DNA of 64,000 nucleotides from Infirmifilum sp. (GCA_041287245.1 JBEULP010000117.1:256001-320000); one strand, 5' to 3'; shown: positions 48,509-59,048, counted from the first letter of the stretch. Program-made: numbers and translations. The notes: generated from the sequence alone by a model not told the origin.

Positions 48509-50380
48509 CTAGTATGAAGGTTTTTTAACCCTTGTCAGATAGGGCTTAGCAAAGTCTACTCCGAGTTCCGCTAAAGTTTCCTCCGTTGGAATACCCTCCT
48601 CATCCCAGCCCATAAACCTATAATACTCGGATCTCTCCCTGGCAAGCTCCGATGAGTCCACAGCCTTACCCTTAAAGGGCCCGGAGGGTAACGGCTCATA
48701 AAATCTTGCGGGTAGATCATCATCTCTCCCCGGCTGCCAGTAGACGTCCGGGCCTCCTAGTAGGATTGCTAGGCGCTGGAGTGTTAAGATTCTCTTCGCG
48801 TTTTTAGCCATCCAGGCCTCCTGTGTAATACCAAAACCAGTGATAGCCTCCAGGAATGAAAACATGAGGTCGTCGATAGCATTAAAGGCACATATTACAG
48901 CGGAGTCTGGAAAAGTCATCCAGAGCTCGCCCCAAGCTGAAGTGTAGGGTTTTCGCGGGGCGGATGTGTGGTCTCCACCTTGTGTACTCGTAGCATAGCC
49001 AAATGATGGGAGGTAATCTTTGCCACTTCTGACTCCATGTGCACCTATACCTATACCTTTCACGTGTACAGCGTAGCGTGTAGCATCGACGCCCTTCGTC
49101 TTACTAATCTTTAAGGCATATCTGAAGCTGCCTTCTGCCAGGTCTTTTCCAACCCCCTCCCTTTTAGCGATCAAGTTCATAAGCTGAGCGAAGGCCTCAG
49201 AGTCACCCCATTTTGGCTTTATTCCCCCCAGGTCATCCTCGCTTATGATACCCTTCTCATACAACTCGCCGACCAGGCCTAACAGGTTACCTGTCTGTAT
49301 TCCGCAGAGACCGAGATCGTCTGCGAGGGAAGATAAGTATATGCAGCTGCGAGGCTCAAAAATCCCGAGGTTTGGTCCAAGATACGCCTGGAGCTCATAG
49401 TCAGGGGTATCCGTAACCGCACCCTTCTGAGCACCCCTTCTCAGATACGAAATTTTCATACATGTAGTGGGGCACCCATAGTCGCCCCAGAACCTCTTAA
49501 CCCAGTGGGCTTCGAAGTTTTGTTGCCCCATAGCCCTGTTCTCGTGCCACTCTTCCTGCCAGTTACGAATGGGTTCGCTGCTGGTTATAGCCCCTGTAGC
49601 GAAGCCTCCAGCCCCTGTACCCCATTGCTTAAAGGTCGTCCTCTTATTAAGCCTCTTCCAGCTCTCATATATAAGGAGTCTAACCCAATCGGGATGCCTT
49701 GCCGGCGGCATTGGCCCAAATCCTTTCACAACCACTGCTTTGAGATACTTCGAGCCCATGACTGCTCCGTAGCCACCGTATCCGGCGGCGTGGGTGAGCT
49801 TTGCCATTACAGCTGCTGTTCGAACCAGGTTTTCCCCCGCGGGACCAATATACACAAAACTAGGCTCCTTAGTTAGCCCCTCACGGGCTAGCCTTTTTCT
49901 TTTAAGCTCGCTCCAAGTCTCCTTCATAAGCCTCGTATAGGTTTCACGCCCCGTAAGGCCCCACAGGTGGCTTGCACCACGAATTTCTACATGTTCGCCT
50001 TCAACGTAGAGATAAACTGGATCCTTTGCCTTTCCTCTGACGATTATACCATCGTAGCCGGCGGCTTTTAATTCTATGGCAACTTCAGAGGACAGGACGC
50101 TTCCGACAATCCCGTTACTTTGAGGGGACTTCCCAGATACCGCCAGCTTGACCCCCGGATAATAACCTGTGAGGGGCCCTGTCAGGAACAAGAGAAGATT
50201 GTCTTCGCCGAGCGGGTCTACGTGTTCCCATCTCTCGCCAAGCTCTCGCATTAAAATATATGTCGCGAGTCCACGGCCTCCCAGGTAGTCTTGGAGGGTT
50301 TTTTCATCTAAGAAATATTCTGATACTTTTTCTCGGGATAGGTCGACATCCAGTAACTTGCCATTATATCCATGAACCAT
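48509..50380 (-). CDS. Tungsten-containing oxidoreductase, AOR family (WOR5-like large subunit)
   Basis: YLGGRGL, KSPQS, GYGGYGAVMGSK, DYGCPTTC, PDYE, DDLGLCG. Confidence 0.9.
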   Translation of the reverse strand: MVHGYNGKLLDVDLSREKVSEYFLDEKTLQDYLGGRGLATYILMRELGERWEHVDPLGEDNLLLFLTGPLTGYYPGVKLAVSGKSPQSNGIVGSVLSSEVAIELKAAGYDGIIVRGKAKDPVYLYVEGEHVEIRGASHLWGLTGRETYTRLMKETWSELKRKRLAREGLTKEPSFVYIGPAGENLVRTAAVMAKLTHAAGYGGYGAVMGSKYLKAVVVKGFGPMPPARHPDWVRLLIYESWKRLNKRTTFKQWGTGAGGFATGAITSSEPIRNWQEEWHENRAMGQQNFEAHWVKRFWGDYGCPTTCMKISYLRRGAQKGAVTDTPDYELQAYLGPNLGIFEPRSCIYLSSLADDLGLCGIQTGNLLGLVGELYEKGIISEDDLGGIKPKWGDSEAFAQLMNLIAKREGVGKDLAEGSFRYALKISKTKGVDATRYAVHVKGIGIGAHGVRSGKDYLPSFGYATSTQGGDHTSAPRKPYTSAWGELWMTFPDSAVICAFNAIDDLMFSFLEAITGFGITQEAWMAKNAKRILTLQRLAILLGGPDVYWQPGRDDDLPARFYEPLPSGPFKGKAVDSSELARERSEYYRFMGWDEEGIPTEETLAELGVDFAKPYLTRVKKPSY

Positions 50381-50381
50381 T

Positions 50382-50894
50382 TTAAATCACCCACTCATCT
50401 CCATAGAGAGTTTCATACAACCTCTTAGAAACTTCTTCTGGGAAAGTCGAGTAAAGCTTGAAGGCTGTGCTTTCATATGGGACAATCCTTAAGGCGTAAT
50501 ACCCGGCATCCTGACAGGCCTTTACGCATTCAGGCTCTCCACCGCATAGGTCGCAAACCATAGCTTTTCTCGTCCGTGGATGTAGACGCATAACTTTCCC
50601 GGGGCATGCACGCACACAATCGCCGCAGCTTACGCATTTAGCCTCATCTACTAATACAGCTCCCGTAGTATTATCTGTCCTCAGAGCGCCATAAGAGCAG
50701 GCCTTAATGCAAGGGTAATCCCTGCATTGTGCGCACGTATGAGGGACATCCACCCCTGGGTATAGTTCGATTATCCTTATCCTGCTAGCCTCAGGCCAAA
50801 CGGTACCCTCGTGTTTCAAACTGCAGGAAACCTCACATAGGCGACAGCCCGAGCAGCGTAGCGGGTCCCGAAGAATAAAAATTGGCTCTACCAT
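50382..50894 (-). CDS. Multi-[4Fe-4S] small subunit of the adjacent oxidoreductase
   Basis: CSGCRLCEVSC, CAQCRDYPCIKAC, CVSCGDCVRACP, CDLCGGEPECVKAC; ATG 50894. Confidence 0.9.
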   Translation of the reverse strand: MVEPIFILRDPLRCSGCRLCEVSCSLKHEGTVWPEASRIRIIELYPGVDVPHTCAQCRDYPCIKACSYGALRTDNTTGAVLVDEAKCVSCGDCVRACPGKVMRLHPRTRKAMVCDLCGGEPECVKACQDAGYYALRIVPYESTAFKLYSTFPEEVSKRLYETLYGDEWVI

Positions 50895-51007
50895 AAGAGT
50901 TTGTTTAAAACCCAAAGAATTAAAGACTTGTTTAGTATTAGCGGGTATTACTACACTTTTACTAAACCTTTTTATAAGGGTAGACTCTTTTTTCTCATGC
51001 AAGGTAT

Positions 51008-51304
51008 ATGTGCTGGGGGGCTCCCGCAGTTGTCTTAGACATTAGTGGAGCAACAGCCAAAGTTGATTATGGAGACGGCATACCGAGAGAGGTTTTCATA
51101 GGAATATCTGAAGGCAAGCTTGAAAAGGGCGAGCTCGTGATGGTTCACGCTGGAGTTATCATTTCGAAGTTAACACCTGAGGGCGTTTTAGAGCAGATAA
51201 GCTTTATAAGAGAGGTTATAGGGGAGGAAGACACCCCCTGGACGCAGATGTATGAGAAGATTCTAAAACTCGCGGAAGAGCTAAGAGGGGGGAAACAGGT
51301 TTGA
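51008..51304 (+). CDS. hypC: Hydrogenase maturation chaperone HypC
   Basis: N-terminal MCWGAP, GELVMVHAG. Confidence 0.92.
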   Translation: MCWGAPAVVLDISGATAKVDYGDGIPREVFIGISEGKLEKGELVMVHAGVIISKLTPEGVLEQISFIREVIGEEDTPWTQMYEKILKLAEELRGGKQV

Positions 51305-52350
51305 GTAGCCTAGAGGCGCTCACCCTTGCACACGGTCAGGGTGGGGTTGAAACTCTCGAGCTTCTTCGACGCATGATATTTGGCCGCGTCGAGGAACAGC
51401 TTAAGAAGGTGCAGGGCGGGGTTGGGATTGATAAACCTGATGACGGCTCGCTTATTCCAATCGGGGAAGGAAAATTCATGGTGGTCACAGTTGATTCCTA
51501 TACGGTTAACCCGCCGTTTTTCCCGGGCGGGAACATAGGGAGTCTTGCAGCCTCGGGCTCTATCAACGACGTTGTAATGATGGGTGGAAGGCCAATAGCG
51601 ATGCTTGACTCTATTATAGCAGAGGAAGGCTTTCCCTTGAAGACGCTTGAGGAGATAATTAACTCTTTCATTGAGGTGCTCAGGCGAGAAAACATAGCGC
51701 TTATAGGGGGCGACTTTAAAGTCATGCCTAAGGGCCAGCTTGACAGGATAACTATAACCACGGTCGGGATCGGGGTAGCGGAACATCCAATCGTAGATGA
51801 GCCTAAGCCTGGTGATAAGCTTGTCGTGACAGACTTCGTGGGCGATCACGGGACTGTTATTCTCATGCATCAGATGGGGCTTGGTGAAGTAGAGGAAATA
51901 AAGAGCAGTCTCCTCAAGAGCGACTCGAAGCCACTTACCCCGCTGCTTCCACTGCTTGAAAAGTACCATGGCTACGTTCACGCAGCCCGAGACCCGACGC
52001 GTGGGGGTCTAGCAGGTGTGCTCAACGAGTGGGCAAAGGATTCCGGCCTAGTCATAGTCGTCAACGACGAGGACATGCCTGTGCGTGAACATGTAAGGCA
52101 CTACGCTGAGATGCTTGGGGTAGACCCAATATACCTGGCTAGCGAGGGCGTAGCGGTTCTCAGCGTGGCGCCTGAGGCGGCGCAAGACCTCCTGCGCGAT
52201 CTTCGTGCAAAAGGGTTTCCGAATGCACGAATAGTAGGCGAAGTAAGGGAAAGTGAAAAATACAAGGGGTATGTTCTCTCGAAAACTCTTGTCGGAGGGT
52301 ATAGGATAATAGAGCCTCCCCGAGGAGTACTTGTCCCCAGGATTTGTTAG
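51301..52350 (+). CDS. hypE: Hydrogenase maturation protein HypE
   Basis: LAHGQGG, DSYTVNPPFFPGGNIG, GGDFKV, RDPTRGG, C-terminal PRIC. Confidence 0.96.
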   Translation: MSSLEALTLAHGQGGVETLELLRRMIFGRVEEQLKKVQGGVGIDKPDDGSLIPIGEGKFMVVTVDSYTVNPPFFPGGNIGSLAASGSINDVVMMGGRPIAMLDSIIAEEGFPLKTLEEIINSFIEVLRRENIALIGGDFKVMPKGQLDRITITTVGIGVAEHPIVDEPKPGDKLVVTDFVGDHGTVILMHQMGLGEVEEIKSSLLKSDSKPLTPLLPLLEKYHGYVHAARDPTRGGLAGVLNEWAKDSGLVIVVNDEDMPVREHVRHYAEMLGVDPIYLASEGVAVLSVAPEAAQDLLRDLRAKGFPNARIVGEVRESEKYKGYVLSKTLVGGYRIIEPPRGVLVPRIC

Positions 52351-52955
52351 GTGATCTCAATTTGAAATCATTAAAGTTTTCAGGGATTAAGCTGAGAAGG
52401 ATAGGCTTAGCCGGGGTTCAGCTTGAGTTTCGAGATACGGCAATCTGTGTAGACGTGCTTGACGCCTCGCCTTGCGACGTAGCCCTATACACGCATAACC
52501 ACCCGAGGCACGCTCCAAGCCTCATGCCCGGTATACCGGTGTTTTCGCCTTTCGCCGGGAGGATTGTTTCTCCTGGGGAAGTTATAGAGTTAAGACAGGG
52601 GGTTAAGGTTGAAGCTGTAGATGCGTATAACCTTGGCTATAAAGGAGGGCCTATTCATCCAAAGGGAAGCGGGGTTGGCTTTTTACTGAGTTTTGACGAC
52701 AGCACCACTGTTTACCATATGGGTGACACTGATCTCGTTGAAGAGGCTCTACGGCTGCAGAACAAAGCCATAGGCGTTTTACTGGTTCCTGTAGGCGGCT
52801 CGGGCGTTATGAGTCCTGAGGAAGCCGCCGAGGCCGTGAAAACCCTGCGCCCTTCCATTGCAATCCCCGTTCACGAGGAAGACAGGTCGCAACTGAAAAT
52901 CTTCAAGAGGCTGTCTCAACCTTACACCCAGGTAGTATTGTTAGAGGCTGCGTAG
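52344..52955 (+). CDS. Metallo-beta-lactamase-fold hydrolase
   Basis: THNHPRH (variant of THxHxDH), AYN, HPKG, YHMGDT, AIPVH. Confidence 0.82.
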   Translation: MLGDLNLKSLKFSGIKLRRIGLAGVQLEFRDTAICVDVLDASPCDVALYTHNHPRHAPSLMPGIPVFSPFAGRIVSPGEVIELRQGVKVEAVDAYNLGYKGGPIHPKGSGVGFLLSFDDSTTVYHMGDTDLVEEALRLQNKAIGVLLVPVGGSGVMSPEEAAEAVKTLRPSIAIPVHEEDRSQLKIFKRLSQPYTQVVLLEAA

Positions 52956-52956
52956 G

Positions 52957-54816
52957 ATGAATCCCTCGCTAGAACGAATAATACCACCCTCGATGCGCTT
53001 CAAAGCCATCACAATCTACGAGTATAAGAGAGCCTACGAGAACAGTATCCGAAACCTCGACGCGCTGTGGAGCTCCGAGGCTTTAGCCCTAAGTTGGAGG
53101 AGAAAATGGGCGTCTACGAGGCAAGGCGACGGCCCATACACGAGGTGGTTCAGCGGGGGGTTGCTAAGCCCATACGAAAACATCGTAGCTAGACATAAAG
53201 ACACTGGTGTATGGGGCAAGGCTGCTATTATCCAGCTAGAGGAAAACGGGGATGCTGAAGCACTCACATTCTCGGGTCTAGACCATCTTATCTCCAAGAT
53301 ACACTGCGGCCTGAAGAACATGGGCTTGAGTGCTGGAGACTGGGTAGCTGTGTACAGCCCGCCGAATATTGAGAGCTTTGCATTTATGCTAGCTGCGATT
53401 AGAGCCGGTCTACCAGTCGAGCCAATCTTCACAGGTTTTAGCCCGCAAGAAATGTCGCGGAGGGTCTTAGCTAGAAAGGCTAGGGGGCTCTTCGTTACAG
53501 CTGAGTATACACGACGCGGGAAAACCATAGAGGTGGCAAAGGCTAGCGAGGACCAGCTTACTCGTCTAGCCGATTCAGGCGTTAAGGTCGTTATACATGG
53601 CGGGAAAACGGGCGGCAAGTACGTCGACTTCGCAGAACTCCTAAGCTACAAGTGTAACGCTGAGGACACTGTCGTCGAGTCCACTCACCCCCTTTTCGGA
53701 CTACACAGCGGATACGAGGAGGACTTTAAGCCGATAACCCATCCTACAGGAGGTTTCCTCGTACAGGCATACGCCACCTCGAGGTGGATAGGTCTAAGAC
53801 CAAGAGATACCGTCTTCTGCACAGTGTGGCCAGGTTGGATAACCGGGGTTACTTATCAGCTCTTCGGGCCCCTAATGTTAGGCTCAACCGTCCTCCTGTA
53901 TACAGGGGGGCCGGACTGGCCAAATTGGGGGATCTGGCTGGACATCATAGACTCCTTTTCGGTCACGCTTTTTATCACCACGAGTAGCGCGGTTCGACTT
54001 CTCTCAAAACAGGATCCGAGTCTTCTGAAGGGGAAGAACGACACACTGCGCGAAGTGATCATTACGGCTGAACCACTAGAGCCAGAGTATTGGCGTTGGA
54101 GCTACGACGTCCTTGGGTCTCTCCCATATCCAGTTATAGACTCTACGCCCGGCCGAGGAGGAACCATACCAGTTCTAAACATGTTTATCCAGAGCGAGGT
54201 TGGAACATTCCTCACAGGCAACCTTGTAAATTATACCTTTACTCATATAATACCCGGCTCTTCAGGCCCCCCTATCCCAGGGTTCGCTCTCGACGTTTTA
54301 GATGGGCAAGACAAGCCTATACGAGGCAAGCCCGGCAGGCTCGTGATAAAGGCGCCGTGGCCCTCAATCCCAATCGAGGCCCCAGCGGAGTTCTACTCGG
54401 CTTGGCGCAACAATTATTATGACACGGGTGACATCGCGATAATGAGTGAAGAATACTATATTTTCCCGCTGGGACGGGGCGACGGCGTCTTGAAAGTCAG
54501 TGGTTACCGCTTAAGCCCGGGTGCTCTTGAAAAAAACATAGCATCGCTTAGTGGTGTCGACTGGGTACTTGTAGCACCCCTCAGGAACCCTGAGAGGTTT
54601 GAGACGCCTATAGTCCTTTACCACGGGGATGTAAAAGAGGAAGAAATAACCCATATTGTACGTGAAAAAATAGGCCCCATAGCATCCCCCGGGAAGATAA
54701 TTAGTCTCCATGTAAAGCCTAGCATATCCCCTTCGCAAGCTCGAAAAGAAATAGCTGAGCTGCTTTACAAGGGTCTTGTAGAGGAAGCTGTGAAAAAACT
54801 TGAGTCCATAAAATAA
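52957..54816 (+). CDS. Acetyl-CoA-synthetase-like AMP-binding protein with degenerate catalytic motifs
   Basis: ACS-like N-terminus and GWITG, YDTGD, GRxDxVLKVSGYRL, but P-loop and A10 lysine motif altered. Confidence 0.8.
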   Translation: MNPSLERIIPPSMRFKAITIYEYKRAYENSIRNLDALWSSEALALSWRRKWASTRQGDGPYTRWFSGGLLSPYENIVARHKDTGVWGKAAIIQLEENGDAEALTFSGLDHLISKIHCGLKNMGLSAGDWVAVYSPPNIESFAFMLAAIRAGLPVEPIFTGFSPQEMSRRVLARKARGLFVTAEYTRRGKTIEVAKASEDQLTRLADSGVKVVIHGGKTGGKYVDFAELLSYKCNAEDTVVESTHPLFGLHSGYEEDFKPITHPTGGFLVQAYATSRWIGLRPRDTVFCTVWPGWITGVTYQLFGPLMLGSTVLLYTGGPDWPNWGIWLDIIDSFSVTLFITTSSAVRLLSKQDPSLLKGKNDTLREVIITAEPLEPEYWRWSYDVLGSLPYPVIDSTPGRGGTIPVLNMFIQSEVGTFLTGNLVNYTFTHIIPGSSGPPIPGFALDVLDGQDKPIRGKPGRLVIKAPWPSIPIEAPAEFYSAWRNNYYDTGDIAIMSEEYYIFPLGRGDGVLKVSGYRLSPGALEKNIASLSGVDWVLVAPLRNPERFETPIVLYHGDVKEEEITHIVREKIGPIASPGKIISLHVKPSISPSQARKEIAELLYKGLVEEAVKKLESIK

Positions 54817-54956
54817 CATTCAACAAGCAGCAAAGGATCCAATAATTTTTTCCGGGCTCAGTCGGGTAAGACCAGATATCATTGCAAACTTTTCTCAGAA
54901 ATTATCAACATGTTTTTATGATTCCTGATCATAGGCTTCACGCCAAGGTGAGAAAA

Positions 54957-55925
54957 ATGAAAACTCAAACTCAAATTCTAGTAGGCGAGAGCCTCCAACT
55001 CGATGTTTTCTCCTCCCTCTCAACCTCCGAGAAAAAACATGTTCTATCCATCTTCTCTGAAACCCTACGGGCTTTAACAACATCCTATCTCCAAAGGGGA
55101 TTCCTATGGCTACTACCCGTTATAACAAGTAAAGCTACAGACCCCCTATGGCCCGACCCTGGAGCAAGCATTGAAACTCGTCCTGAAATTGAAATCTACG
55201 GCGAAAAGGTAAAGCTTACACAGAGCATGATTCTGCACAAACAGGTTCTCGTAGCTTCAGGCTATGAAAAGATATTCGTACTCTCCCCGAACATACGCAT
55301 TGAAAAGCGTGAACGCGCCGCTACTGGAAGACACGCATACGAGTTCACGCAACTCGATTTTGAAGTAAAGGAGGCTAAACGAGAAGATATTTTTAAGCTC
55401 GTCGAGGGCGTCATATCAGAGCTTTTCGAGCATTTGGAGGACTGTTGCTTAAAACATTTCAAGGAGTTAGGGGTTGAGCTTGAAAAACCATCCACGCCGT
55501 TTAAGGTTTATCGGAGACAGGAGCTTGAAGAGACATATGGAAAAGACTGGGAGGCGCAGATCTCTCTTTCCAGTGATAATCCTGTCTGGATTATAGATAT
55601 CCCGCGAGAGTTCTACGACTTTGAGGACTTCACAACCGGGGAGTGGCGTAACTACGATCTTATACTCCCAGAAGGGTATGGAGAGGTCTTGTCCGGTGCT
55701 GAGCGGGAATGGCAATATGAGAAAATTGTATATAAAATGGGTAGAGACAGGGTTCCCCCGGACTCGTACAGGTACTACCTTGATCTCGCTAGAAAGGGTT
55801 TATTAGTTCCTAGCGCCGGAGCAGGCATCGGGGTCGAAAGGCTTGTTACTTGGCTGACTAAAAGATCTCATATTGCGGAAATCCAGGCGTTTCCACGCAT
55901 CCCAGGGCTTGTCACACCCTTTTAA
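54957..55925 (+). CDS. Archaeal asparagine synthetase A (AsnRS-related, no anticodon domain)
   Basis: TDPLWPDP, LTQSMILHKQ, SPNIRIE, GRHAYEFTQLDFE, GEVLSGAERE, GAGIGVERL; ATG 54957. Confidence 0.9.
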   Translation: MKTQTQILVGESLQLDVFSSLSTSEKKHVLSIFSETLRALTTSYLQRGFLWLLPVITSKATDPLWPDPGASIETRPEIEIYGEKVKLTQSMILHKQVLVASGYEKIFVLSPNIRIEKRERAATGRHAYEFTQLDFEVKEAKREDIFKLVEGVISELFEHLEDCCLKHFKELGVELEKPSTPFKVYRRQELEETYGKDWEAQISLSSDNPVWIIDIPREFYDFEDFTTGEWRNYDLILPEGYGEVLSGAEREWQYEKIVYKMGRDRVPPDSYRYYLDLARKGLLVPSAGAGIGVERLVTWLTKRSHIAEIQAFPRIPGLVTPF

Positions 55926-56590
55926 GCCTGCAAAAATACTTTAACTATTTTTTCTGGTATGTCCGTTATTATATAATCCACGCCAAGCTGCGCCAACCAT
56001 CTAGCCTTGGCTATATCGTTCACAACCCAGACAGCCACTTTATAACCTACAGAGCGCATCTCCTCAACTAACTCCTTATCCACGAACTCAATGTTTATGG
56101 ATAAACCGTCCGCACCAGCGAGCTCCACCTCTTTCACAGGGTTCGCCGGACGGTAGTCAACGTTACCAAGCATGGCAGTTATGCTGCTATAGCCTTCCTT
56201 GACTCTGCGGAGCATGTTATGGAAACCCGTGCTTACTATCACCTCCTTGACACCACTGGACAATGCTCTCTCGACCGCTTCTCTCTCGAACCCCCGGCTC
56301 TTAACATCGAGCCACACACCGGCTCTCCCATTGATTATTTTAAGGTACTCTTCAAGCGTTGAGGGCTTAAAGATAGGGTCTCTCCCATCTATGAGGAGAT
56401 AGCCGTAGCTCATTATAAGGCTTCTAACTCCTGTACCACCAACATGGAAACCATGTCTTACGACAAGATTTCCCCTGTCTTCCCTAACGTCAAACTCTAT
56501 GATCTTCAGGTTAAGTTCCAGGAATCTCAGCAGCAGGCTTTTCTTGTTAGCCTTATGTCCAACCACCACAGGCGTATGTGATGGCATCAT
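55922..56590 (-). CDS. Glycerophosphodiester phosphodiesterase-family protein
   Basis: VVGHKA, IEFDV, VVRH, WLDVK, VWVVND, GVDYIITD. Confidence 0.85.
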   Translation of the reverse strand: MMPSHTPVVVGHKANKKSLLLRFLELNLKIIEFDVREDRGNLVVRHGFHVGGTGVRSLIMSYGYLLIDGRDPIFKPSTLEEYLKIINGRAGVWLDVKSRGFEREAVERALSSGVKEVIVSTGFHNMLRRVKEGYSSITAMLGNVDYRPANPVKEVELAGADGLSINIEFVDKELVEEMRSVGYKVAVWVVNDIAKARWLAQLGVDYIITDIPEKIVKVFLQA

Positions 56591-56646
56591 ATTATGTGAA
56601 TGTCTTTGCCATAGATATGACTGTTATGTTCTAACGACTCGTATTT

Positions 56647-57540
56647 TTAGGAGAGGTCTAGTATATCCTTTAAAAGGACAATTATATTTTCTAGGTTTTT
56701 ATACACCTCGGTCGGCAAGCCTTTGCCGTTGTTTTCTAGTCTTTCTATAAGGTTTCGGTACAACGCGAGGATTTCTGAGCGTGAAGAGTCCTCGCCTCCG
56801 AGCGCTATTGATATAACGCTCCTCTGGAACCTCGAGAGAGCTTCATACATTCCAGGGTCGATCCTGCATTGGCAGGGGCTATTACGGATTAAAAGTTCAA
56901 GAAGATCTCCAATGTTCTCAAGATTTCTCACAATAACTCTAATGTCTACTAGTCGGAGTTTCTCTGAACTTGGAACAGAAGGATCTGAAACCCTGCTCCT
57001 AATTATCCTAACTGCAAGAAAGTATAGCCTGTCGATAATGTCTTCCATTGCGAGAATTTTATCCGTAGTGGAAACATCAGTTCTCTCAAACGCCTGAAAA
57101 ACCAGCTTCATCATGGCTAAGGTGATGGAGCTCATCCTCTGAACAATCGAGTAAAGATCATAGTCAGGCCTGATGAAGCATTGCAGTGTCACTAAACCCG
57201 TCTCTTCGCCTACGAGCTCTAAACCTAGGAGCAGCTGCTTTACACGTTCCGCTACACGCATAACCTCGTCGCGGCACTCCGGAGAAGTAGACACTTCTAT
57301 CACCTCATACCCTCGCAGGTACGCCGATATAATGCTACGATAAAGGTCGTCTCCACACCTGAGCCTTATCACCTTCTTCTCCTCATTCTTCTCCTCTCTG
57401 AAGGGTATGATATGTAATGAACCATCTTCTCCCACCGTTACGGCAACAACGCCGTTCTCGCCTACCCTATCGAGAACCCAGGTTTTAGGGAGCGCTACAT
57501 AAAAACTACCTCCAATCTTAACTATTCTCCGAGCTTCCAC
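56647..57540 (-). CDS. Archaeal PhoU-family regulator with N-terminal AbrB-like domain
   Basis: RRIVKIGGSFYVALPKTW, ISAYLRGY, EDIIDRLYF, LENIGD. Confidence 0.88.
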   Translation of the reverse strand: MEARRIVKIGGSFYVALPKTWVLDRVGENGVVAVTVGEDGSLHIIPFREEKNEEKKVIRLRCGDDLYRSIISAYLRGYEVIEVSTSPECRDEVMRVAERVKQLLLGLELVGEETGLVTLQCFIRPDYDLYSIVQRMSSITLAMMKLVFQAFERTDVSTTDKILAMEDIIDRLYFLAVRIIRSRVSDPSVPSSEKLRLVDIRVIVRNLENIGDLLELLIRNSPCQCRIDPGMYEALSRFQRSVISIALGGEDSSRSEILALYRNLIERLENNGKGLPTEVYKNLENIIVLLKDILDLS

Positions 57541-57649
57541 GTATACACAGTATTTAACTTGTTAAATAAATCTTACATTAGTTATGAGTGTTTAGTTGAG
57601 GATATGGTAGGAATAGGAAAGTATATTAGAGACAGATACCGGGGAAAAA

Positions 57650-58135
57650 TTGAGGCCCGTGCTAGAGCGGTGGAAATCTTCACTCCTGGTTTTTACTTTC
57701 CTACTCTATGTTTTAATTCTTCCACCGCTGGAAGTTCTCAGCAAGGTTTTCCAATATCCACGTGAAGGTGTCTTCATAATCATAAGAAGTCCCCGGGGGA
57801 TCCTTGTGCAGCCCAAAGCTCGGGGAGAAATCATACGTTTAGCCTTCATCTGGGGTTATCAGGCTGGTCTGAAACTCACCTCTCATGGACAGCTTCTTAA
57901 ATATGTGCTCTTCGGGGATAGTAAGGGCTATATCTTAAGCTTATCACTCTCGCTGAAAAGCTTTTTGGAGTCGAAGGGGTACAAAGTAAACGTAAAACTT
58001 CGAGAACTCCTGGGAGGTGAGATCACTGCGGTTATGGAGGTGAGAAGAAGAAACCTGTTTTTACAAATATATGATTTTATTAAATGTTTTCGAGGCTCCT
58101 CCAAAACTACTCTAGAGCAAACCCTAAGTGACTGA
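57650..58135 (+). CDS. Hypothetical protein (N-terminal hydrophobic segment)
   Basis: 161-aa ORF filling an otherwise empty gap; no motif recognised. Confidence 0.45.
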   Translation: MRPVLERWKSSLLVFTFLLYVLILPPLEVLSKVFQYPREGVFIIIRSPRGILVQPKARGEIIRLAFIWGYQAGLKLTSHGQLLKYVLFGDSKGYILSLSLSLKSFLESKGYKVNVKLRELLGGEITAVMEVRRRNLFLQIYDFIKCFRGSSKTTLEQTLSD

Positions 58136-58148
58136 GAAAACCCGTTTC

Positions 58149-58712
58149 TTAGGACTTTTTAACTATGTATATTTTCGAGCCGACAAGCTGGTTATTAGGT
58201 ATGAGTGCCAGTGTCCCATCGTCCTTCTTTATCAGCGAGAAAAGTGTAGATATATCCTCTATATACCCTTGTTCTCCAGCCACGTTGACGTAGTCTCCAA
58301 TTTTTACCGGCCTTACGAGTAATAGGAAGAGCCCAGCCATAGCCTGTCCCAGGATCTGTTGTGTAGCATAGCCTATTATCATTCCTATAAAGCCTCCTAG
58401 GGCAACCCCAGCCGCCCCACCCGCGGCACCCCCTGCTATACCAGCGGCGAGCGCGCCGATCCCCATTATTGTGAAAATGCTTTTAACAGCTGCGGCTGTG
58501 CTGTGAGGGTGGCGTAGGCGGAGCATCCAGTAAACAAGGGTTGAGAATGATTTTACGATCATGTAGCCGAAGAACAGTGCAAGACCTATGCCTATGTAGG
58601 TAGAATATGGGTCGATGATGGACTTGAATCCAGGTATAATTGAGGGTAGGGTTGCGAAAATAATAGCATTGACCAAGATGTATACAACTATCCACATTAT
58701 TAGCTTGAACAT
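58149..58712 (-). CDS. Small-conductance mechanosensitive channel MscS-family protein
   Basis: GYATQQILGQAMAG, RPVKIGDYV, IPNN; ATG 58712 preferred over 58928. Confidence 0.88.
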   Translation of the reverse strand: MFKLIMWIVVYILVNAIIFATLPSIIPGFKSIIDPYSTYIGIGLALFFGYMIVKSFSTLVYWMLRLRHPHSTAAAVKSIFTIMGIGALAAGIAGGAAGGAAGVALGGFIGMIIGYATQQILGQAMAGLFLLLVRPVKIGDYVNVAGEQGYIEDISTLFSLIKKDDGTLALIPNNQLVGSKIYIVKKS

Positions 58713-59048
58713 GCTATTTCTTATGTGAAGGGAGATATTTTCCTGTGACACGTGATAAAAAGGAGGTGTAAAATGTAAAGATTTTAGTTCAAACAATGAT
58801 ATTTCTAGTCGACAATAAGAAACATGGCTCAGCGGTCCGCTTGACGCAACCAAGTTCTGGTCTACATCTCTACGACGGTGCATCGACCATGGGTCTTCCC
58901 CTAGACAACTAGGCTCCTCCTTGGCCAAAGGTTATCTAGTGACCCTATACTGCGCCATAACCCTTATCTTTAAAAACTTGTACGGCGTAAGAGCCTAGTG
59001 TTATTGCAACGATAACAGTTTAATAACAGGATATGTTCTAAGATTGAT

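Noticed and set aside
51310..51981. Long antisense ORFs (e.g. 51310-51981, 53034-53618, 10229-10726, 32122-32646, 37591-38058)
   Set aside because: They lie opposite well-supported genes, are Ser/Pro-rich and have no motifs: shadow ORFs.
54852..54900. Minus-strand ATGATA...CTGA half C/D motif
   Set aside because: Only one box pair at plausible spacing, with no complete C/D'/C'/D layout.
58713..58928. 71-aa N-terminal extension of MscS in the ORF track
   Set aside because: Low-quality sequence running through an AT-rich promoter-like region; ATG 58712 gives a typical MscS. Similar over-extensions were trimmed for RpiB, the 50382 Fe-S subunit, Asn synthetase and QueT.
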